DNA from: an uncultured Gemmatimonadota bacterium
GTDB taxonomy: Bacteria; SM23-81; DAOVCL01
Direction of reading: 5' to 3'
DNA: 64,000 nucleotides
NCBI GenBank assembly: GCA_964626665.1
Contig: CAZVGK010000011.1
Location: forward strand, 22,551 to 86,550
Shown here piece by piece: positions 57,289 to 64,000 of this stretch. The notes under the pieces are model-generated. The model was given only the letters and a program-made list of their open reading frames with translations, did no database searches and was not told the origin of the DNA. Both the position numbers and the translations under genes were made by a program. The stretch's first letter is position 1. Every line of letters begins with the position of its first letter.

Positions 57289-57663
57289 TTAAGAACAGAA
57301 CTGAGTTGCTTTGTTAATCATTGAATTCAACATTCGTCCCACTGAAGCATAGCGATCCAGCCAATCTTTGGTTTGCTTCGCTGACAAATAATTACAATCA
57401 CTGGCCGTTTTAATCCAGTGTTGTGTTTCTTGCTGTTCCCCATCAGCATCTGTCAGCTTACTGATAAAGTGTTTTTCATACCGATGTTTTGCCCAAGCCT
57501 CTGCAATTTGTGCACCGACAGATCGCGATGAACGTCTGATTTGATCTGTCAGTGAGAACATTTCTTCTTTAGGAAGGTCCTTAGAGATCTCATAGATTTC
57601 TCGTGATAACTGCCGAGCCAATTTGTAAACCTCTAAATCCCGAAAACTTTTTGCATGTTCCAT
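57289..57663 (-). CDS. Four-helix-bundle protein (23S rRNA IVP-like family)
   Basis: FRDLEVY...LTDQIRRSSRSV.AQIAEAW; flanked by inverted heptamer-like repeats at 57250-57280 and 57671-57696. Confidence 0.9.
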   Translation of the reverse strand: MEHAKSFRDLEVYKLARQLSREIYEISKDLPKEEMFSLTDQIRRSSRSVGAQIAEAWAKHRYEKHFISKLTDADGEQQETQHWIKTASDCNYLSAKQTKDWLDRYASVGRMLNSMINKATQFCS

Positions 57664-57790
57664 TTCTTCTCACCGATAACCTGATCACCGATTACCTTGC
57701 ACTTCACTTGGGTAAATAGTTACTTTCAATTTAAGGTTGACGGATGGGTGGGAAAGTCGTAGTTTAGCTAAAGGAGGGTTGGCTGTGGAT

Positions 57791-59800
57791 ATGAGAGAGA
57801 TCTTCGGGAAGGATGGCCTAATTTCCCAGAAACTGCCGGCTTACGAGGAAAGGCCAGAGCAGATAGAGATGGCCACTGCGGTTCAGTCGGCGATAAGGGA
57901 GGGCAAACATCTTATAGTGGAGGCAGGAACAGGAACGGGCAAGAGCTTAGCCTATCTCGCCCCCTTTATATTGTGGTCAGTGGAGGAGAAGAAGAGGGTG
58001 ATAGTCTCCACCAATACCAAGACCCTGCAGCATCAACTGCTGGATAAGGACATCCCCCTTTTACAGGAACGCCTTCCAGTAAAATTCAACGCTTGCTTAG
58101 CCCTGGGCTCCCGGAATTATCTCTGCCTGAGGAGGCTCAATCAAAACTTGTCAGGTGAGCTCCTCCTTAACCCGATAGATCAGGGGGAGCTGACCAGGGT
58201 TCTTAAGTGGGAAAAGGGGACAAGGACGGGAATTAGGTCTGAGCTGGAAAGGAAGAGAAAGATAGGAATTTGGGAGAGGATATGTCGCGAGCCAGACCTC
58301 TGCATGGGCAAGAACTGCCCCCATCAGGAGAAATGCTATTACGAGAGGGCCAGAAAGAGGCTGTTCGGAGCAAATATAATCGTGGTCAACCACCACCTTT
58401 TCTTCGCCAACTTAGCCACTAATGGAATGCTCCTTCCCCGTTACCAGGCAGTTGTCTTCGACGAGGCCCACAGCCTTGAGGAGGTGGCCACCAGCTATTT
58501 CGGGGTCAGGCTGACCAACTCCCAGCTAAATTACCTCTTAAACTCAATTCACAACCCCAGAACAGGGGCTGGCCTGGCCAACAGGTTGGGTAAGGTTAGG
58601 GAAGATAAGAGGGAGAGGATACAAACAATTACTGAAGAGGCCAGGGAAGCAGCAGATACATTCTACGGGGAGATCCTCCACCGCTTTGGCCCTGAGCCGA
58701 AAACTATCAGGGTAAAGGGGAAGAACCCTTTCACCAATAGGCTTAGGGAACCACTGAGAAGACTATACTCCGCCCTGAAGAATATAGAAAAGGGAATTGA
58801 TAACAAAGAGAAAGCCGTCGAGGTCTCGGCCCTGGCGGATAGATGCCGGGAGTTTAGCCAGGGGATAGATGCCTTCCTGACTCAGAGCTTGGTGGGTTAT
58901 GTCTATTGGATAGATATCGAACCCAAGAGGAGAAGGAACCTGGTGGCTATCAATATGGCCCCCATAAATATCGCCGCTGAATTGAAAAAGAGGGTTTTGG
59001 ATCAGGTTCACCCCATCCTCTTCACCTCGGCAACCTTAGCCATTGACCACCAATTTGATTTTTTAAAGCAGAGATTGGGCTTAAATGAATGCCAGGAGCT
59101 AATCCTTTCTTCCTCATTCAATTATCGCAGTCAGGTTCAAGTTTACATCCCTACAGACGGGCCTGACCCCAGGCTTAACCCCAGAGCATACACGGAGTTT
59201 GTGGCTGCAGAAACGGAGAGGATTCTGGAGATCACCCAGGGGAGAGCCTTCGTCCTCTTTACCAGCTATGGAATGATGAGGGAAGTTCACTCTTTGCTAA
59301 AAGACAGGTTCCCCAGGGCGACCTTGCTTAAGCAGGGCGATGCCTCCCGGGAGGAGCTCTTGGCCCAGTTCAAGGAGGAGGTCAACTCCACCCTCTGCGG
59401 TGTAGCTACCTTTTGGCAGGGGGTAGATGTCCCTGGGGAGGCACTCCAGTGCGTGATACTGACCAAACTCCCCTTTGATTTACCCAATGATCCGGTAATG
59501 GAGGCCCGCATAGAGTCCCTCAGGGAGAAGGGGGCAAACCCCTTCTTGGACTATCAGCTTCCCCAGGCCATAATGACCTTTAAACAGGGCTTCGGCAGGC
59601 TGATCAGGCATAAGAACGACTATGGGCTGGTGGCCATACTGGATACCCGGGTGAGGAGGAAATCCTATGGGGCAAGGTTCCTTAATTCCCTTCCCCAATG
59701 CAAAATCACCATAAGCCTAAATGATGTCAGGCAATTCTTTAAAAACATCCCGCGGGGCTCGAAGTTAGGCCGAACTAAGGCATCAAGAAACCGGCCCTAA
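57791..59800 (+). CDS. dinG: DinG/YoaA-family Fe-S DNA helicase
   Basis: EAGTGTGKS, Fe-S cysteines, DEAH, TSAT and QGFGRLIR. Start at ATG 57791 after GGAGG. Confidence 0.9.
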   Translation: MREIFGKDGLISQKLPAYEERPEQIEMATAVQSAIREGKHLIVEAGTGTGKSLAYLAPFILWSVEEKKRVIVSTNTKTLQHQLLDKDIPLLQERLPVKFNACLALGSRNYLCLRRLNQNLSGELLLNPIDQGELTRVLKWEKGTRTGIRSELERKRKIGIWERICREPDLCMGKNCPHQEKCYYERARKRLFGANIIVVNHHLFFANLATNGMLLPRYQAVVFDEAHSLEEVATSYFGVRLTNSQLNYLLNSIHNPRTGAGLANRLGKVREDKRERIQTITEEAREAADTFYGEILHRFGPEPKTIRVKGKNPFTNRLREPLRRLYSALKNIEKGIDNKEKAVEVSALADRCREFSQGIDAFLTQSLVGYVYWIDIEPKRRRNLVAINMAPINIAAELKKRVLDQVHPILFTSATLAIDHQFDFLKQRLGLNECQELILSSSFNYRSQVQVYIPTDGPDPRLNPRAYTEFVAAETERILEITQGRAFVLFTSYGMMREVHSLLKDRFPRATLLKQGDASREELLAQFKEEVNSTLCGVATFWQGVDVPGEALQCVILTKLPFDLPNDPVMEARIESLREKGANPFLDYQLPQAIMTFKQGFGRLIRHKNDYGLVAILDTRVRRKSYGARFLNSLPQCKITISLNDVRQFFKNIPRGSKLGRTKASRNRP

Positions 59801-60177
59801 ATTCCCTCTCCTGGAGAGAAGAGGGCCTTGTCCCCCATCTCTAAAAAGGTGCGGCGGAAGGTTCAACCCTAAACAGAGCTTAGCTCGCTTTGCTCGCAAA
59901 GTTCTCCATAGGGTCTCACCGACCCTCTGGCGCTCCACAATCCTGCGCTCGCTCGGATTGCGGAGCTATCACCCTTGAAGGGGGTTTACCCCCTTCAAAC
60001 TACCCCTGAGTCTCGGAATTTTTAGAAATTCCGAGACATCTAAGTATCCTCATAAGGACCCTGGCCAGAAACACAGCAATTCTGGCCAGAAATTTGAGCT
60101 TTCCCCCTATATTATTAAGAGATGGCCTCCTTACATAAGGCAAGATCTTAAAATTTGTGTCAAGTTTTGGAGGCAGG

Positions 60178-60930
60178 ATGAAAGAGAACGCCATAGAGAG
60201 ACGATTGGCAAAGTTATGGAGAGCGTATTATCTCAAAAGAATCTTTTTACCCATCTGGCCGGGGAAACCCAAGCCTTCACCTAAAGCCATCTATACCCTA
60301 GACAGAAAAGGCGCAGAGGTATTACAAGAGACCAAAGGCATAGATCCAGAACTTCTAAGAGCAAGGATCAAACAAAACGAAGTAGGGGAAAGATACTTAA
60401 AACATTCCTTAATGATCTCAAACTTTAGAGCGATCTTGAGCTTAGTCACGAATGAGGAAAAAAACTTAGAGCTTCTCTTTTTTAGGCAGGACAAAGGTTT
60501 AGAAAATAGAATAAAAATTAAAAACAAAACCTATCCGGTAATCCCAGACGGTTTTTTTGGACTTGAAGATCAAAAAGGAAAGTTTTATTTTTTCTTAGAA
60601 GCAGATCGTTCTACTATGTCAAACCGAAGGTATCTTTCAAAGCTAAAAGCATACTGGTATTGGAAAAAGGAGAAAGGGCAGACTAAGAAGTTCAACATCA
60701 AAAACTTTAGGGTCTTAACCTTAACCAAATCAAAAGAGAGAGCCGAGAGCTTGAGAGAGACAGCTTTAAAACTCAAGGAGGTAGAGAAAGCAAATTTAAT
60801 GACCTTTTGGTTTTCCGATGAAAGCAAAATCTCCTTAGAGGATCCTCAAACTATCTTCAATAAAATTTGGAAGATAGCAAACGATGACGAGCTACATAGT
60901 CTTTTTGGAATAGAAGAAGATATGCTATAA
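60178..60930 (+). CDS. Replication-relaxation (Replic_Relax) family protein, possibly N-terminally truncated
   Basis: RRLAKL, HSLMI, PDGFF...LEADRSTM...KLKAY and FRVLTLT...R. Confidence 0.75.
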   Translation: MKENAIERRLAKLWRAYYLKRIFLPIWPGKPKPSPKAIYTLDRKGAEVLQETKGIDPELLRARIKQNEVGERYLKHSLMISNFRAILSLVTNEEKNLELLFFRQDKGLENRIKIKNKTYPVIPDGFFGLEDQKGKFYFFLEADRSTMSNRRYLSKLKAYWYWKKEKGQTKKFNIKNFRVLTLTKSKERAESLRETALKLKEVEKANLMTFWFSDESKISLEDPQTIFNKIWKIANDDELHSLFGIEEDML

Positions 60931-61196
60931 TGAAATTAACCGTGAAAAAATAATCCTTCTTCTCTGGCCAGTGTCCAAGAGATAGTGCCAGGGTCAGGCT
61001 TGCTCCATGCCAAGCTTTAGCAGATCACTTTTTAAACTTGAGCTTGGTTTGAAAAATGATTTGTCAGGAAGGATTATTTTTGTTGGTTTGGTTAAAATTA
61101 TCTCTTGGTTCTCTTAACCCTTTTTCCTATATTAAATTCCTGTTCTACTTTTTTATCTGCATTTAGCAATCCGAAACGTTGAAAAGGAGAGTAACC

Positions 61197-61556
61197 ATGA
61201 ACTTAGAGTGGATTAAATGTAAAGGTGATGAAGGTGATGTTTGGTGCGAGCTAAATACCGTTGACTTGACCAATTCACATTTCGACAACATGGAGGGGGT
61301 TTACATTATTTGGCACGAGGGTGAGTCACCAGCCACAGTGCGAGTCGGACAAGGGGTCATCAAAGAGAGGTTACAAGACCACAGAGAAGATGACAAAGTT
61401 CAAGCCTATGACCATTTTGGGCTTTTTGTTACATGGGCATCAGTTGCAGAACAGCACCGAGATGGCATAGAGGCTTACCTGGCCCAAGAGCTAAAACCAA
61501 AAGTAGGTGAACGTTTCCCTGACGTTACTCCAATTGAAGTCAACTTACCTTGGTAA
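61197..61556 (+). CDS. Small GIY-YIG-like protein
   Basis: GVYIIW...VRVGQG...ERL.DH...IEAYL; start after AGGAG. Confidence 0.6.
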   Translation: MNLEWIKCKGDEGDVWCELNTVDLTNSHFDNMEGVYIIWHEGESPATVRVGQGVIKERLQDHREDDKVQAYDHFGLFVTWASVAEQHRDGIEAYLAQELKPKVGERFPDVTPIEVNLPW

Positions 61557-61855
61557 AAAAACAGTCTAACCTATTGCTCAAGCCACGCTACTAAGTTTGA
61601 CAATTTCTTAAAACTTCTTTAACATTTAATTACCGAGGGATCATCTTCGGTGAATCGGAGCCCCCACCCTTAACCAACTTTGTCTATCTTCTTCAATTTT
61701 ATAATGTTAAGGGGGGGAATTTTTTTAAAAAACCCGAAAGAAAAATTCTTTCGGGTTTAATTTTTAGCAAAGCAGCCAAGGGATGGATCCGTTTTGTAAC
61801 TTCTTATAGTTACTAAACTTTTTTGATTCTTATATCCTCTTCAGTTTGATTGGTT

Positions 61856-62146
61856 TTAATAATCATCTGGTAAAAGAGCGGTGGTGGCTCCTCCTTGACC
61901 ATCATCAATGAACCAAAGGTCAGGGCGTTTTTTAATTGGATCCTCAAAGACTTGAAGATAATCTATCCCCTGATAGAGCTTAGCTTGTCTCTGGAGATAG
62001 CTTAGACATCTAACAATGGTTTCCCAGCCATAAACTTGAAGAGCGTTTGGCGTAGCCACAAAAGGTTGGGTGATAAAGAAATAGCAACTATCCGGATGAT
62101 CAAGGAGAATCTCTTGGGGTTTTAGGATTAAACCTTCTGGTAACAT
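61856..62146 (-). CDS. Hypothetical mobile-element protein (C-terminal LLPDDY motif)
   Basis: VATPNA...DYLQVF...LWFIDD...TALLPDDY resembles small plasmid/ICE proteins. Confidence 0.55.
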   Translation of the reverse strand: MLPEGLILKPQEILLDHPDSCYFFITQPFVATPNALQVYGWETIVRCLSYLQRQAKLYQGIDYLQVFEDPIKKRPDLWFIDDGQGGATTALLPDDY

Positions 62147-62307
62147 TTTTCCCCTCTTATATTTTTGGATTGTACATTTTCTTCACCTTCCAAAAAATCT
62201 TTCAGGTCCTCCAGGTACTCTGTGTGATAACCTTCATCTTCAAAGAGACAGGCAGCAATCTCCAAAGCCCGGAACCACCTCTTTCTACGCTTCAATTCAG
62301 GATCCAT
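62128..62307 (-). CDS. Small hypothetical protein (59 aa; not in the ORF track)
   Basis: MDPELKRRKRWFRALEIAAC...; fills the gap and overlaps both neighbouring genes. Confidence 0.45.
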   Translation of the reverse strand: MDPELKRRKRWFRALEIAACLFEDEGYHTEYLEDLKDFLEGEENVQSKNIRGEKCYQKV

Positions 62308-62557
62308 CCCTTTTCTCCTTTTTGATGTTCCTTTCTAATTCTCTAAAACACTTTGGACATAAGGCATTCCCCAGATATACTGGCACAGGGGACTCAGTAA
62401 TCTCAGTGTTACAAGCATCACAGAGAATAACATCATCAGGCACCGGGATAGAGATAACTTCCTTGGGTCCCCCCCAAATATTTAAGGAGCGATTTTGAAA
62501 CTTTTCTTTGTCCCAAAACTCTAAATCCTCTATTTCTACCGAAGATTTCTTTACCAT
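62297..62557 (-). CDS. Hypothetical zinc-finger protein
   Basis: CDAC and CPKC pairs; RBS GAGGTG. Confidence 0.6.
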   Translation of the reverse strand: MVKKSSVEIEDLEFWDKEKFQNRSLNIWGGPKEVISIPVPDDVILCDACNTEITESPVPVYLGNALCPKCFRELERNIKKEKRDGS

Positions 62558-62561
62558 TTGT

Positions 62562-62756
62562 TCACCTCTTTTTCCATTCTCCTATAAGGCTTTTATGTTC
62601 AGCTACCAATTCTTTTAACCTCTCCTTTGCTTTCCCATACCTAATTTGGGCTATTCTGTTTGCCCTGGCATCATCAACCCAGAGTTGAAAACTTTGGATC
62701 TCGGCTTTCACCTTAGCCATTTGCACTAAGAGAGTATCCTTATCCATTATCATCAC
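62562..62756 (-). CDS. Small coiled-coil hypothetical protein
   Basis: Sits within a tight leftward operon. Confidence 0.5.
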   Translation of the reverse strand: MMIMDKDTLLVQMAKVKAEIQSFQLWVDDARANRIAQIRYGKAKERLKELVAEHKSLIGEWKKR

Positions 62757-62940
62757 CCTTTTGCTTAATTTGATACCGGACCTTTGATACTTTCACTTCA
62801 CAGGGAATAGTTTCAATTTCGATCTTAGACAGAGCGTCTTTAAGGATTTCATTAACCAGTTTAGTCATGGGAACCCCCTTAGCTTTGGCTACCCTATAAA
62901 TTTTGGGGATCAACTTTTCAGATATTCTCGGACTATACAA
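62740..62940 (-). CDS. Small ribbon-helix-helix-like DNA-binding protein
   Basis: YSPRI...IPKIYRVAKAKGVPMTKLVNEIL. Confidence 0.55.
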   Translation of the reverse strand: MYSPRISEKLIPKIYRVAKAKGVPMTKLVNEILKDALSKIEIETIPCEVKVSKVRYQIKQKGDDNG

Positions 62941-63127
62941 TTCAACCCCCCTGTTATATCTTCTTGTTTTTCTTCACCTTACAGGAGGATCATTTCTTTG
63001 TCAAATTGATTTGACCTTATGTCAAAAACCGAGGCGTAAAAATTTTTTCTTGCTTTTTGTAATGGTTGGGTATAAATAAAACAATTCGACTTTATTCTGC
63101 AGAAGAAAATGTGAGATAGGTGATATA

Positions 63128-63628
63128 ATGGGGCAAGGTGTCTTCGATTTTATAGAGAGTTTAGCACCATGGATTGCAAGACTTTTAGTCACAATTATGT
63201 TGATTTACTCTATAGGAGTATACATCATAAAAAAAATTAAAGGGAAAAAAGAGGAAGAAGACCGTCGTAAGTCAGATAAATCACATACACCAACAAATGG
63301 GCCTTTAAGGAAAATATTTAAAAAGTATGGCAGGAGGCTCATAGTAGGCTTAGCAGTTATTATAACCGTTAAGACAGGATTCCAGATTGCACACTTACTT
63401 GACTATTTTGATGCTACCTATGCCATAGAAACAATAATTATGTCAATTCTGGCCTTGGCACTTGTCATTATAAATGAGGGATTGGAAATTGCAATACCGG
63501 AAGAAAACCAGAAAATAAAGATTAACAAAAGAGCAAAGTTCCTTTTTATAGGCCTTCTTTCCCTTGCTCTACTGACAGCTTTTTTGTGTTGGCTTGGTTG
63601 GCTAATGAAGCATAATACCTACTACTAA
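63128..63628 (+). CDS. Hypothetical membrane protein (4 TM)
   Basis: Four hydrophobic segments; AT-rich. Confidence 0.6.
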   Translation: MGQGVFDFIESLAPWIARLLVTIMLIYSIGVYIIKKIKGKKEEEDRRKSDKSHTPTNGPLRKIFKKYGRRLIVGLAVIITVKTGFQIAHLLDYFDATYAIETIIMSILALALVIINEGLEIAIPEENQKIKINKRAKFLFIGLLSLALLTAFLCWLGWLMKHNTYY

Positions 63629-63679
63629 AAAAAGAAGAAAGCCTTGAGATTAGCTCTCTTCTTAATGTTGGGTATCAGG

Positions 63680-63898
63680 TTACTTCAGTCCATACTTAAC
63701 CCAATACGCAATTTGAAGTCCTATCCACAGTACAACCCCAACCCCCAAACAGAATTTATCCCAGTCTGGGTCAATAATTGAGTCGTCTTTATTGAAAACG
63801 GCTCCGATTCCACCAAAAAACCATACACCGATTCCGGCTGCGGCACTGACGACAAAACAATGAAAAGATACCTTTACTATCTTTGCTAGTGCTATCAA
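63680..63898 (-). CDS. Small 2-TM membrane protein
   Basis: Two hydrophobic segments. The true start may be ~63917 after AGGAGG. Confidence 0.5.
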   Translation of the reverse strand: MIALAKIVKVSFHCFVVSAAAGIGVWFFGGIGAVFNKDDSIIDPDWDKFCLGVGVVLWIGLQIAYWVKYGLK

Positions 63899-64000
63899 AA
63901 ATCAAAAAACCTTCCATTGGATACCTCCTTTCGATGGTATTCTTTATGAGACTGTTTAAAAATTGCCTCTGAATTTGAGTTAACTGTTTAATTTCAAAGA

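Noticed and set aside
1-64000. tRNA, rRNA, CRISPR array or integrase
   Set aside because: None recognised by eye. tRNAscan-SE and cmscan would be needed to exclude divergent RNAs.

Overview
64 kb of a bacterial chromosome. It is probably from an uncultured FCB-affiliated lineage, inferred from a gingipain-like protein ending in a FlgD/T9SS-type C-terminal domain. GC-richer housekeeping blocks (flagellar remnant flgF-fliW-csrA; ECF sigma/anti-sigma/HtrA; polA, dppA, dinG and others) alternate with three accessory regions. (1) 5.3-14.5 kb: a type I R-M locus (yhcG-like, hsdM, hsdS, hsdR) interrupted by a DUF3800 RNase H-fold gene, a frameshifted partner gene and a convergent ~65-nt structured RNA with its own near-consensus promoter. 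(2) ~24.8-36.3 kb: a defence island built from repeated phage terminase-like and downstream-ORF remnants that bracket different leftward cargo (TIR, HEPN, nucleoside deoxyribosyltransferase-SNase fusion, TIR plus unknown helical protein, type II R-M). (3) ~59.8-64 kb: an AT-rich integrated element with a replication-relaxation protein. Intergenic DNA carries many REP-like palindromes and MITEs, two of them with clear 4-bp target-site duplications. I saw no rRNA, tRNA or CRISPR array. All family calls come from recognising motifs by eye, not from database searches.
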